A stretch of DNA of 42,457 bases from Octopus bimaculoides (taxonomy: Eukaryota): NCBI RefSeq assembly GCF_001194135.2, contig NC_068996.1:10411528-10453984 (forward strand). The letters run 5' to 3'. The notes beneath the pieces were generated by a model. It searched no databases and was not told the origin of the DNA. It worked only from the letters and a program-made list of their open reading frames with translations. Below, piece after piece: positions 10,755 through 23,039 of this stretch. Numbering within the stretch: position 1 is the first letter of the stretch; each line of letters opens with the position of its first letter. Both the position numbers and the translations under genes were made by a program.

Positions 10755-12620
10755 TGTAATACACTAGCAAGGCTAGCTGAATTACATCCCTTTGCTGGTA
10801 ACCGCCACAAGGTAGCGTCGCAGCTGACACCTATATATTCCAGCGATTGTGATCTTTCACTCTCTCTCTCACTGCTCAGACACAAAGAAGCACAGATCTG
10901 TCTCTCTGTTTGCCTATGCCAGGACAACATGCAAGAGCTTCACTGAAATGCTCCGACTACTGTTATTTTTCTCTGACCACATGTTCAACAAAGTATACAT
11001 GTTATTTACAAAATGACAATAATATTTCTGCCTTCGGAGATGAAACACAGTATTTAACTTCGGTGACCCCCATACTCAAATGATGTTTGGAATCCATTCT
11101 CTTCCACGTGCCTCATTGCCTCCACATAAAAATTTTTTTCCGGAATGTTCTTTTTAAATTAGCAGTATAGAGATGTTCTTCAAATCATCTCCATTTTTCC
11201 CTCTCTTTACTTAGTGTCTCGTCTGTTTGGACAGTCCAGTTTTTGGCACCAAAATCCGTTTTGTTTCCTGCTCACAATGACAGTATTTTAATCGGCATTT
11301 TCTACAGTTTTCCAGCAAGATGAACCCTTCTACCTTACCGGTGATCATTGGAGACATTAATTTGTGGTTTGCCCAGGTTGAATCTCATTTCTTGTCACCA
11401 ATATTCAATTGGCCCAGCAGCAACTCCATATTTTGCTCGGTGCTCTTCCTTCTGCCCTAGCGGCAAACTTAAAGGATTTAATCACAGATACACTTCAAGA
11501 TGCTACTTACTCTTTCCATTAAACAGAAAATTATTTACAGGACTACCATATCTGCTGAGTGCAGCTTTAAGATGATGCTTAATGACAAACATTTGGGCGA
11601 TAGATGACCATCTGAATTTCTTTGAAGAATATGCAGCTTGACATGTAATGTTCAGTCAATTTTGGTACTCATGGTTGAGGTCAGTTCAGCGGACCAAGTA
11701 GTTTCTATTGACAAAATTATGGAATTCTCTGACAGCACATCTGTAGACAATAAAGCAGTCATTGCAACTTCTTCTATTCCTCCTTCTTTGGTCAACAACA
11801 GTTCCACACAAGCAGCAACTCTCCAAGCTATTTTGGAAATGACTAAGGTAGTCAGGAAATTGTGTTCTGTTCAAAATTTTCCCTGTTGCAGGTCCTCCAG
11901 ACATTTGTCTTCTCCTAGATGGCATTTGTTTTCTCCTGCCTCTTCACCATATTGTTGGTATCATGGATGTTATTCTGAGAAGGTACAGAAATGCATTCAA
12001 TCCTCTTCCTTCCCACACTAGGAAAACTAGGAGACTCTGAGCACATCAGTAGACCCCTCTAGCCTGACACCAAATTGTACAGTCTTTGTAGAAGATTTCA
12101 ATTCATGCAAGCTACCCATGGTTGACACTGGTGCATCTTGTAGTATTTGACCAGTGAAATTTCTTACGAATAAGCCTCCTCCTTCAGATATTTCTTTACA
12201 AGCTGAAAATCATTCACCCATTTGGACATATGGTCAAATTTCCCTCTCACTAGATATGTTGCTTTGTAGGGATTTTAAGTGGATTTTTGTCCTTGCTGAC
12301 CTGCTGTATCCAACATCTTTTGGATAGCTGTACAGTTTTATTGATTCCTCGTTGTCATTCAGCTACTCCTGCCATAAGCCCGGTGTTTTTCATTCTTATT
12401 TCTGGAGATCCATATCTTTCTCTCTTGAATAATTTCCCTGAGCTAAACAATCTAACTTTTCAACTGCTTATTCTATGAAGCACTTTATTTTTACCACAGT
12501 TTCAATGATGTTATTGCTTATCTTCAGAATGACATTGTCACAGGCCTATGCATTTTTGGTCACTATGATTGCAGTTGTGGATACTTGTATGTTTACTGAA
12601 GACCATTGATATTGTTGGTG
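10755..12620 (+). mobile_element. Decayed Ty3/Gypsy LTR retrotransposon 5' part (putative LTR, PBS-like site, gag, protease)
   Basis: PBS-like CGGTGACCCC at 11061-11070. Gag-like MNPSTLPVIIGDINLWFAQVESHFL..LLGALPSALAANLKDLI..LGDR starts at 11320. Aspartic protease motif VDTGASCSI at 12121, then SPIWTYGQISLSLD..FKWIFVLAD. Many stops and frameshifts; the LTR start at TG 10755 is tentative. Confidence 0.8.
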
Positions 12621-12732
12621 ATGAGAAAATATGATGCTGTATCCCTTAATTGAATATAAATTCAAGAATGCTGCGTATAATATAAAAGAAGCAACATCAC
12701 AAATGTTCAGCTGTATTTTACTGATATAGTAC

Positions 12733-13128
12733 TCTCTTTTACTCATTTACTTGTTTCAGTCATTTGATTGTGGCCATGTTGGAGCACCGCCTTTAGTCGA
12801 GCAAATCGACCCCAGGACTTATTCTTTGTAAGCCTAGTACTTATTCTATTGGGGACTTTTGCCGATCCGCTAAGTTACGGGGACGTAAACACACCAGCAT
12901 CAGTTGTCAAGCGATGTTGGGGAGACAAACACAGACACACATACATATATACATACATATATACGATGGGCTTCTTACAGTTTCCGTCTACCAAATCCAC
13001 TCAGAAGGCTTTGGTCGGCCCGAGGCTATAGCAGAAGACACTTGCCCAAAGTGCCACGCAGTGGGACTGAACCCGGAACCATGTGGTTGGTAAGCAAGCT
13101 ACTTACCACACAGCCACTCCTGCGCCTA
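12733..13128 (-). mobile_element. SINE family A, full length, little diverged
   Basis: End-to-end reverse-complement match to 37656-38070. Confidence 0.92.
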
Positions 13129-13537
13129 CTGTGCATATAAATACACAAATTATCACAGATTTACCAGTTATCAGAATAATATGTAGGAATAGATTTACTG
13201 TATTGGCATAGACATTAGATGTCTGTAAGAGAAAAATGCAGATACAATAATCACTGCACATTGTAGAATCTTGGAGAAGAGAACTGCGATGTGTTATGTT
13301 TGAAAACTAGTTGTGCTCTGCTGTGACCTGTCTTGTTTGAAGGCTAACTGCAGTCTGCCGATTTTGGTGATTTAGGCACCAAACTACTTAACTAGAGTAA
13401 AAGGGCATGAATCCCAAGAATATTCCAGGAGTCACTGCTTCAAGATGATTGGTCAACTTTTAGATCAATTACATTTAAAGTGTTGTGGCTTATTCATAAT
13501 TGCAAACTGATAATTTTGTGGTTGGAGTTCAGATTCC

Positions 13538-13641
13538 TATGGCATTGCTAGGTAGGTGTGAAAGGCCAGATCTGGCTATTTTCAACATAAAACATAGAAT
13601 ATTTGGGCTGGATGTGGCCAATTTAAATGCTAAAAGGTTAA
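13538..13641. mobile_element. piggyBac-like MITE, other half
   Basis: ..GCCAGATCTGGC..ATATTTGGGC..TTTAAATGCTAAAAGG followed by TTAA; homologous to the reverse complement of 16446-16540. Confidence 0.65.
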
Positions 13642-13750
13642 CGCACATTTCAACAGAATGATCAGATACATTGCTGTGTTTCTGAGATGTGTGCACTGTT
13701 TTCTTTTGTGAGAGTTTATTATAAGAAAAAGAAAAAAAAAATTTGGACTT

Positions 13751-14045
13751 GGTTGCAACGGTGAGTGTTCCAGTTGGTCCAATCAATGGAACAGCCTGCT
13801 CATGAAATTAACATACAAGTGGCTGAGCATTCCACAGTCATGCGTACCCTTAACGTAGTTCTCAGAGAATGTGACATGGTTGGGCCTTTGAAATACATGT
13901 ACTACCCATTTTTCCCAGCTGAATGGACTGAAGAAGCGTTGAATAAAGTGTCTTGCTCAAGGACACAATGTACTACTGGGAATTGAACTCAGGACCTTAC
14001 GATGATGAGCCGGATATCCTACCCACTAAGCCACACACCTTCACA
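13751..14045 (-). mobile_element. tRNA-headed SINE, head H2 plus tail T1
   Basis: Minus strand TGGCTTAGTGGGTAGG..GAGTTCAATTCC..CCTTGAGCAAGACAC..CAGTCCATTCAGCTG (as at 27148), then GAGAACTACGTTAAGGGTAC..TGCTCAGCCACTTG (as at 19430). Confidence 0.8.
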
Positions 14046-14065
14046 AGAGCATAGTATTGCATGTT

Positions 14066-14288
14066 TACTCTTACTCTTTTAATTGTTTCAGTCATTTGAC
14101 TGTGGCCATACTGGAGCACCGCCTTTAGTTGAGTAAATCGACCCCAGGATTTATTATTTGTAAGCCTAGTACTTATTCTATTGGTCTCTTTTTGCTGAAC
14201 AGCTAAGTTACAGGGAAGCAAACACACCAGCATCCGTTGTCAAGTGATGCTGGCGGGACAAACACAGGCACACAAACATATACACACA
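14066..14288 (-). mobile_element. SINE family A 3' half (cut by N-gap)
   Basis: Matches the A consensus from the tail to the central microsatellite. Confidence 0.85.
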
Positions 14289-15116
14289 NNNNNNNNNNNN
14301 NNNNNNNNNNNNNNNNNNNNNNNNNNNNNNNNNNNNNNNNNNNNNNNNNNNNNNNNNNNNNNNNNNNNNNNNNNNNNNNNNNNNNNNNNNNNNNNNNNNN
14401 NNNNNNNNNNNNNNNNNNNNNNNNNNNNNNNNNNNNNNNNNNNNNNNNNNNNNNNNNNNNNNNNNNNNNNNNNNNNNNNNNNNNNNNNNNNNNNNNNNNN
14501 NNNNNNNNNNNNNNNNNNNNNNNNNNNNNNNNNNNNNNNNNNNNNNNNNNNNNNNNNNNNNNNNNNNNNNNNNNNNNNNNNNNNNNNNNNNNNNNNNNNN
14601 NNNNNNNNNNNNNNNNNNNNNNNNNNNNNNNNNNNNNNNNNNNNNNNNNNNNNNNNNNNNNNNNNNNNNNNNNNNNNNNNNNNNNNNNNNNNNNNNNNNN
14701 NNNNNNNNNNNNNNNNNNNNNNNNNNNNNNNNNNNNNNNNNNNNNNNNNNNNNNNNNNNNNNNNNNNNNNNNNNNNNNNNNNNNNNNNNNNNNNNNNNNN
14801 NNNNNNNNNNNNNNNNNNNNNNNNNNNNNNNNNNNNNNNNNNNNNNNNNNNNNNNNNNNNNNNNNNNNNNNNNNNNNNNNNNNNNNNNNNNNNNNNNNNN
14901 NNNTTACTATGTCGGATGGAGTTCTCAAACTGACAAATCCTGATCTCCCACCTACCCCCACCCCCACCAGCCCACAAGCCAGCAGAGAAAAAAAAATTCA
15001 GTGAAATGTTTTGACCCACCGATTTAACGATGAGACAAAAAAGTTTGCATTTGTATAATGCTTCTTTCTTTCCCATGATGTTGAACAAGAGCTGTCGAAA
15101 TTGGTGGCTGTGTGGA

Positions 15117-15780
15117 TAGGTGCAGACATGTTTGTGTGGTAAGAAGCTTGCTTCCCAACCACATGGTTCTGGGTTCAGTCCCATTGTGTGACACCTTGGA
15201 CATGCATCTACTACTATAGCCTCAGGCTGACCAAATCTTTGTGAGTGAATTTGGTAGGTAGAAACTAAAAGGCGGTGAGCTAGCAGAAACATTAGCACGC
15301 TGGGCAAAATGCTTAGCGGTATTTTGTCTGTCTTTACGTTCTGAGTTCAAATTTTACCAAGGTCGACTTTGCCTTTCATCCTTTCGGGGTGGATAAATTA
15401 AGTATCAGTTACGCACTGGGGTCAATGTAATCGACTTAATCCCTTTGTCTGTGCTTGTTTGTCCCTTCTATGTTTAGCCCCCTGTGGGCAATAAAGAAAT
15501 AAGAAACTAAAAGAAGCCAGTCAAATATGTTTGTGTGTGAGTGAACATGCAAGTGCTTGTCACCCCACCACCACCACCACCACCACCACTTGACAGCTCG
15601 TGTTGGTTAGTTTGTGTCCTTGTAACTTAGTGGTTCAGCTAAGAGACTGATAGAATAAGTAGCAGGCTTTAAAAAAAAAAAGTACTAAGATTAATTCAAT
15701 TGACAAAAAAAAAAATACACTTCAAGAAAAAAACCAGCATGGTCACAGTCCAATGACCAAAACAAAAGGTAGAAAATAAA
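15117..15780 (+). mobile_element. SINE family A interrupted by a full SINE C (15272-15501)
   Basis: A head at 15117-15271, complete C copy, then A resumes; AGAAACTAAAAG is duplicated at 15260-15271 and 15502-15513. Confidence 0.88.
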
Positions 15781-15851
15781 AGACAAGGATTTGTTCACAC
15801 CCTTTTTTATTTTTACAGCACCCCACCCATGAGAAACATGTATGTAATCTT

Positions 15852-16265
15852 GTATTCTTTTATTTGTTTCAGTCATTTGAGGGTGGCCATGCTGGAGCAC
15901 CGCATTTAGTCGAGCAAATCGACTCCGGGACTTATTCTTTGTAAGCCTAGTACTTATTCTATCGGTCTCTCTTGCCGAACTGCTAAGTGAAGGGGATCTA
16001 AATACACCAGCATCGATTATCAAGCAATGTTGGGGGGGGGGGGACAAACACAGACGCACAAACATGTGCGTGCACACACACACACACACACATATAAACA
16101 TGACAGCCTTCTTTCAGTTTCCGTCTACCAAATCCACTCACAAGGCTTTGGTCGGCCCGTGGCTATAGTAGAAGACACTTGCCCAAGGTGCCACCCAGTG
16201 GGATTGAACCCAGAACCATGTGGTTAGTAAGCAAGCTACTTACCACACAGCCACTCCTGCGCCTG
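15852..16265 (-). mobile_element. SINE family A, full length
   Basis: End-to-end reverse-complement match to the A consensus. Confidence 0.9.
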
Positions 16266-16445
16266 TATTTTAATAATATCATAATAATTGATAGCAAACG
16301 TATAGAATATATGTTATATAGAGAGGGTACTGCTTGAGATCTGTTAATGAATTAAAAATATCTTCCATGCTATGCAGTTTGTGTCTAGCAGGGCAGTTTA
16401 TTATAATTATTGTATCTTAGCTGTTCTAACTGCAAAAATCAAAGT

Positions 16446-16676
16446 TTAATTCTTTAGCATTTAAACTGGCCATGTCTGGCCCAAATACTCCGCCTGATTT
16501 ATGTTCAAACTGGCCAGATCTGACCTCTTACACCAACTCTACAACATCATTCTAAAAATAAGCATTCACATTATTGAAATCTCAAAGTCACAAGACAATG
16601 CATGATCAATTGAAAACAATGTGAATAAAGAAACATTACATCTGACGACAGAGTAATCTGAATACTGAGGGGTTAA
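16446..16676. mobile_element. piggyBac-like MITE
   Basis: TTAA at 16446-16449 and 16673-16676 flanking imperfect inverted termini (TTCTTTAGCATT versus reverse complement CCCCTCAGTATT); non-coding interior. Confidence 0.65.
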
Positions 16677-17507
16677 TAAGTTACCACAGTATTTCATTAA
16701 TTTCTCTGAGAAGTTGGATTTTTTTCTCCCCTTAAAACTGTTTCAGACATTCTAAGGAAAAACTCGGCAAATAAACTCTTGCTTGTATCTCCACTAATCA
16801 TACAAGATAAATATTTTCTTTAGTAGTTAGTAGACAAATTTTTTTTTTTTTTTTTTTTCATTAATAAATGAAAACATGTTTGAAATTTGGAGACGGAGAG
16901 CAGTAGAACACAAGACTTTTATCTGCATCTCATGCTTTGATTGCCAAAGTGAAAAATTTTCCATGTAGTATGGAAGGAAATGTGTTTTATATGTTGGCTG
17001 TGGCAACATCAGTAGGACTGGCACATGTCAGCAGTGAAGTAGGCTGTGGCACCATTTTCAACAATATCAAGAGTGTGAGGAAACAACAACTTCCCCATCA
17101 CCGAATTCAATTACAAAGACTTCCCAACATTCTTAGTCACATAGAGGAGTGGCAATGACAACAACAACAACAGCAACAGCAATACATCTGTGATGACAGC
17201 AACAACAATTTGATGAGTATTAGTGGCAACGATAACAGTGGAGATCAACACCATAGATCAGGGTAACATGACTGCAATAACAGAAAAATCTTCACCAAAA
17301 CACATACACCCACCCACACACACACACATGCCTCTTTTCTTTTATTTCAAGCCATTTTGATTCCTGTATTTCATTGTGATGAAAGTGAGTTGTTGTAAGA
17401 GGATGTTATTGCCAGGGCAAAGAGATAACAGAAACTGAAATCAGTTGCTCGAATCTCAAATGATGCTGCTCAATAAAGTGACAGAGCGTTCACCAAACAG
17501 CCACACA

Positions 17508-18256
17508 CAGTGGTTCTTAACCTGAGGGGCGTGCCATCATAGGTAGATATTTTAGCGACATCCAAAGGGGAGGGGTGAGCCCTTGAGAAAAAGCAGGAAT
17601 TTCTCTAATTGTATTTGTTATTCTCTTAACGAGAGCATGATCAAATAATGAGAAGTTTATGAAAAAAAAGTATCGCCTTACACCTTTAGTTTTCTTATTC
17701 TACTATCTTAGTGCTGCTTACCATTTTCTGCACTTATTGACCCCTCTTCATATCCCTCAAAACCCTCACTAATTCTGAATTGTAGTTTTAACATTTGCCT
17801 TTCATCATCATCATCATCATCATCGTTTAACGTCCGCTTTCCATGCTAGCATGGGTTGGACGATTTGACTGAGGACTGGTGAACCAGATGGCTACACCAG
17901 GCTCCAATCTGATTTGGCAGAGTTTCTACAGCTGGATGCCCTTCCTAACGCCAACCACACTGAGAGTGTAGTGGGTGCTTTTACGTGCCACCGGCACGAA
18001 GGCCAGTAATGCGGTACTGGCAATGGCCACACTCAGAATGGTGTATTTTATGTGCCATCCGCACAAGAGCCAGTCCATGGGCACTGGCAACGATCTCTCT
18101 CGGAAGTCCTTACACATGCCGCGGGCACAAGTGCCAGAAGTGCCAGAAAGGAGATGCTGGGCACAGGTGCCATTACGATTTCGCTTTCGCTTGCTCCAAT
18201 AAGTCTTTATTTTGTAATGTTTTTTGTTACAACAAGACTCAGGTTAAGAACCACTG
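17508..18256. mobile_element. hAT-like (Charlie-type termini) non-autonomous element with nested RTE 3' fragment (about 17803-18190)
   Basis: Perfect 19-bp TIR CAGTGGTTCTTAACCTGAG at 17508-17526 and inverted at 18238-18256. The flanking 8-mers do not match, so no TSD is visible. Confidence 0.75.
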
Positions 18257-19172
18257 CTATAAAGCTTAGATATTATTATCATGTAAAGCCAAACATCTTT
18301 TTCAGTCAATAGATTATAAACAAGTTTGATCCACAGTTTCCATATATATGAAATAATGTGGTTCTTAAAAAATCAAGAGACATGCTGAAACATTATCAAA
18401 TCATTATAGTAACATACTACGAAATATTAACTTAATTTTAAAAATTGAAAACTATTTTAAAATTTTAGCAAGATGAAAAGTATGATAAATTTAAAAATAG
18501 GAAATAAAACAAAAAATATGTAATAGGTTCTACTGTCACTCAATTTAATAAAGTCTCAAAAAAATTAAAACACAGATTGGAAAAATAAAAAATTTTAACA
18601 ATAAAAACCAAAATTTTTGATATTAAATGTTTATGTTAAAAATATAGTAAACTTTTTGTAAGAAAAAAAAAAATTATAATATAAAGCTAAACTAAAATTC
18701 AGATTTAAATATAACAGAAAGTACTAGGTAAGACTAAAAGCTATGCAGAATCTTTTCTTTTTTAAAGAAACTTCTTTTAATATTTTTGTACAAATAAATA
18801 CAATATTTTATTGTACAAATTTTTCGTATAACTTTTCTTTTAATTTAACTTTCNNNNNNNNNNNNNNNNNNNNNNNNNNNNNNNNNNNNNNNNNNNNNNN
18901 NNNNNNNNNNNNNNNNNNNNNNNNNNNNNNNNNNNNNNNNNNNNNNNNNNNNNNNNNNNNNNNNNNNNNNNNNNNNNNNNNNNNNNNNNNNNNNNNNNNN
19001 NNNNNNNNNNNNNNNNNNNNNNNNNNNNNNNNNNNNNNNNNNNNNNNNNNNNNNNNNNNNNNNNNNNNNNNNNNNNNNNNNNNNNNNNNNNNNNNNNNNN
19101 NNNNNNNNNNNNNNNNNNNNNNNNNNNNNNNNNNNNNNNNNNNNNNNNNNNNNNNNNNNNNNNNNNNNNNNN

Positions 19173-19560
19173 AAGGGAGGCGCAATGGTCCAGTGGTTAG
19201 GGCAGTGGACTCGCGGTCATAGGATCGCGGTTTCGATTCCCAGACCGGGCGTTGTGAGTATTTATTGAGCGAAAACACCTAAAAGCTCCACGAGGCTCCG
19301 GCAGGGGATGGTGGCGAACCCTGTTGCACTCTTCCACCACAACTTTCTCTCACTCTTTCTTCCTGTTTCTGTTGTGCCTGTAATTCAAAGGGTCAGCCTT
19401 GTCACACTGTGTCACGCTGAATCTCCCCGAGAACTACGTTAAGGGTACACGTGTCTGTGGAGTGCTCAGCCACTTGCACGTTAATTTCACGAGCAGGTTG
19501 TTCCGTTGATCAGATCAACTGGAACCCTCGACGTCGTAAGCGACAGAGTGCCAACAACCC
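19173..19560 (+). mobile_element. tRNA-headed SINE, head H1 plus tail T1
   Basis: A-box-like TGGTCCAGTGGTTAGG, B-box-like GGTTTCGATTCCC; ends GTGCCAACAAC. Confidence 0.85.
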
Positions 19561-19567
19561 AAATTAA

Positions 19568-20924
19568 CAAGGTGCATTCCAGAAGTTTTGAGACTTTTTA
19601 CATGAGGCATTTGTAAGTGTCTTAGTTTATTATAAGTTTAGTATATAATTTGGTTGTGTCTTGGGAGGGTCACTACGCCAATAATAATAAGACACTACAT
19701 CAAGGTAGACCTTGAAGGGAGGAGGCATGCCATTGTTGCAGTCATGAATAGTGATGAAAGAAGTTTGACAAACAAACAACTGATTGATTATTTGACCAAC
19801 CTATTACACAAACAATTGAGTAGTTAGTTGGTGAGATATCTAACTGATTGACTAACAATAAAGAAGTAATACTGAAACAGTGCATGTGTTTATTATTACT
19901 AGTGTCATGATCCTCCAAAGACAGAACAAAATTTGTTTCAACACAAATTCCCATCAAGAATCTTGCAAACCAAATACAAAAAGGAAGGAGTATATCATTA
20001 CTATATAACTACTAAGTTGACCTATCAACATTTTTTTTTAAATTCCAGATTGAAGGAGACGGCTGTAACAGCATTTTGAACACACCCTACTAAATACTGC
20101 TTGTCACAGCTAACCCAGTTTGAAGAATGCACTCAGGACTTGAAGACAATTTGGAAGCTTGCTATGCAATAAAGTTCTGTGATAAACTCGGCAAGAACGC
20201 CACAGACTGCTTATGAATTAAGTTGTATGAGTCAAGCATCTGTTTTTCACTGGCATAAGAGATTCAAGGACGGTAGAGAGAAGCTGAGAGACAATGAGAG
20301 GTATGGGAGAGAGAGACGTCAGAACATTGGAGCTGGTTGAGAAAATTCACAATTTTCTGAATGAAGATCGTCATTTGACAATAAGCATAAAGTTTGGAGT
20401 TGGTATGGCAACTGGACACAGAATTATTTCGTGAAGATCTGATCATGTGCAAAATTTGTTTCTAGGATGCTAAGTGATGAACAGAAGTAAAGATGAGTTG
20501 GTAACAACAGGGAGATGGTTGAGCTCATTACTTCCAATCCAAGAGTAATTGAGCTTCTGATGACTGGTGATGAAAGCTATTATGATCCAGAAACCAATAG
20601 ACAAAGTGCTCAATGGAAGCATCCTGGCAACTCAAGACCCAAGAACCTCAGGCAAAGCAAATCCACTGGAAAGCTCATGGTGAACCCTTTTGTTCAACAG
20701 CAAGGGCATCACCTACATCCACTGGGTTCTCTCTGGCAGATGGCCAGCAAAATGTAATTTGTGAAGATTTTGAGGGAGTTCAAGAAGGACACATTCCCTT
20801 TGGAGGACTTCAATCAGGCTGTAACACTATAACAAGTGCATTGAAGTCAGAGGGTCCTACCTTGAAGATTAGAGTCTTAATGAATGTCTTTCCTTAATAA
20901 GTCTCAAACCTTCTGGAATGCACC

Positions 20925-20927
<3 letters not shown>
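19568..20927 (+). mobile_element. Mariner element with both TIRs and an internally deleted, decayed transposase
   Basis: 29-bp TIR CAAGGTGCATTCCAGAAG(T/G)TTTGAGACTT with 1 mismatch; TA follows the right end. The interior reads QASVFHWHKRFKDGRE..EKIHNFLNEDRHLT..MTGDESYYDPETNRQSAQWKHPGNSRPKNLRQSKS..YNKCIEVRGS. Confidence 0.92.
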
Positions 20928-20953
<26 letters not shown>

Positions 20954-20955
<2 letters not shown>

Positions 20956-21360
20956 ATCATCATCATCATCATCATTTAACATCTGTTTCCCATGCTGGCA
21001 TAGGTCGGACGGTTCGACTGGGGTCTGGGAAGCCAGGAGGCTGCACCAGGCCCCAATTTGATCTGGCAGTGTTTCTACAGCTGGTTGCCCTTCCTAATGC
21101 CAATCACTCCAAGAGTGTAGTGGGTGCTTTTTATGTGCTACCGCTACAGGGGCCAGAGGAGCTGTCATCGACCACAATCGGATGGCGCTTTTTACATGCC
21201 ACCGGCACAGAAGTCAGTCAAAGCGGCATTGGCATCAGCCACATTTGGATGGTGTTTTTACATGCTACCGACATGGGGCTCACAACTACAATTTCCATTT
21301 GATTTGATCTTAATATTGCTGTTGATGTTGATGTACTTGACTCAATAGGTCTCCTCAAGC
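20954..21360 (-). mobile_element. RTE LINE 3' UTR fragment with (CAT)n tail and three internal repeat units
   Basis: Homologous to 41061-41530. Confidence 0.82.
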
Positions 21361-21370
21361 ATGGCATGTC

Positions 21371-21403
<33 letters not shown>

Positions 21404-21815
21404 NNNNNNNNNNNNNNNNNNNNNNNNNNNNNNNNNNNNNNNNNNNNNNNNNNNNNNNNNNNNNNNNNNNNNNNNNNNNNNNNNNNNNNNNNNNNNNNNN
21501 NNNNNNNNNNNNNNNNNNNNNNNNNNNNNNNNNNNNNNNNNNNNNNNNNNNNNNNNNNNNNNNNNNNNNNNNNNNNNNNNNNNNNNNNNNNNNNNNNNNN
21601 NNNNNNNNNNNNNNNNNNNNNNNNNNNNNNNNNNNNNNNNNNNNNNNNNNNNNNNNNNNNNNNNNNNNNNNNNNNNNNNNNNNNNNNNNNNNNNNNNNNN
21701 NNNNNNNNNNNNNNNNNNNNNNNNNNNNNNNNNNNNNNNNNNNNNNNNNNNNNNNNNNNNNNNNNNNNNNNNNNNNNNNNNNNNNNNNNNNNNNNNNNNN
21801 NNNNNNNNNNNNNNN

Positions 21816-22121
21816 AGAGCCACAATGGCCCAGTGGTTAGGGCAGCAGACTCGCAGTTGGAGTCTGCGGTTTCGATTCCCAGACCAGGCGTTGTGTGTGT
21901 TTATTGAGCGAAAACACCTAAAGCTCCACAAGGCTCCGGCAGGTGGGGGTGGTGAACCCTGCTGTACTCTTTCACCACAACTTTCTCTCACTCTTTCTTC
22001 CTGTTTCTTGAGTAACGCTGCGATGGACTGGCATCCCGTCCAGCTGGGGGGAACACATATGCCTTAGAAACCGGGAAACCAGGCCCATGATCCTGGCTAG
22101 GCTTTGAAAGGGTGACGTTTA
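21816..22121 (+). mobile_element. tRNA-headed SINE, head H1 plus tail T2
   Basis: Collinear with 19173-19370 up to CTTCCTGTTTCT (22008), then GAGTAACGCTGCGATGGACTGG..GAAACCGGGAAACC as at 27287. Confidence 0.85.
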
Positions 22122-22239
22122 TCGCTTCTTGACCACGTGCTTTCTGGTTCAGATCTACTGTATGGCACCTTAAGCAATTGCTCCAGGCCCACAAAAACTT
22201 TGAGTGTAATTGCAAGTTAGAAACCGAATATATATAAAA

Positions 22240-22697
22240 CATCAACATTTCCATGCTTGCATGAGTCAGATGGAATTTATTGAAGGAAATCTTTTTATGG
22301 CCGAATGCCTTTACTGTTGCCAACACTCACCTGCTTCCAATCTCCTCTCATTGCCAGACTGGCTTTCATGGAATATTGGAAATGAATGATTCCTTGTATG
22401 GCATGCAATTACAAGTGTCACACAATGTCTAGACAAGGAGACACAAACAAACAACACAGTCACATACACTTATACATACATACATACATACATACACACA
22501 TTCATACACACACAGACATAAACATACACACAGAGACATAAACATACACACGGAAGAGTCTTCAGTTACCACCCAACAAATCTAATTATAAGGCTTTGTT
22601 CAGCCTGGAACTATAGTAGAAGATACTTGCCGAAGGTTCTATGCATTTGGACTGAACCCCAAAATCATGTGACTAAATAAGAAACTTCTTGACCTCA
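22240..22697 (-). mobile_element. SINE with family A head and RTE-type tail, degenerate
   Basis: Head GGACTGAACCCC..CTATAGTAGAAGATACTTGCC. Tail CATCAACATTTCCATGCTTGCATG..GAATGCCTT..CAACACTCACCTG mirrors 31186-31505. Confidence 0.65.
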
Positions 22698-22742
22698 CAA
22701 CTATATCTTGGCTTAATTATACTGCCTCCTCCTCCTCCTCCT

Positions 22743-22782
22743 CATCATCATCATCATCATTGTCATCGTTATCGTCATCGTT

Positions 22783-22821
<39 letters not shown>

Positions 22822-22851
22822 ATCATCATTGTCATCGTTATCGTCATCGTT

Positions 22852-22896
<45 letters not shown>

Positions 22897-22956
22897 ATCA
22901 TCATTGTCATCGTTATCGTCATCANNNNNNNNNNNNNNNNNNNNNNNNNNNNNNCA

Positions 22957-22993
<37 letters not shown>

Positions 22994-22994
22994 T

Positions 22995-23039
<45 letters not shown>

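Noticed and set aside
13199-13222. 24-nt AG/GT-bounded minus-strand microexon candidate (TSNVYANT)
   Set aside because: No similarity to the expected start of AIP exon 3; such sites are common by chance.
19173-19250. tRNA gene call for SINE heads (also 21816, 27148, 37656)
   Set aside because: A/B boxes are present but there is no complete cloverleaf, and each continues into a shared SINE body.
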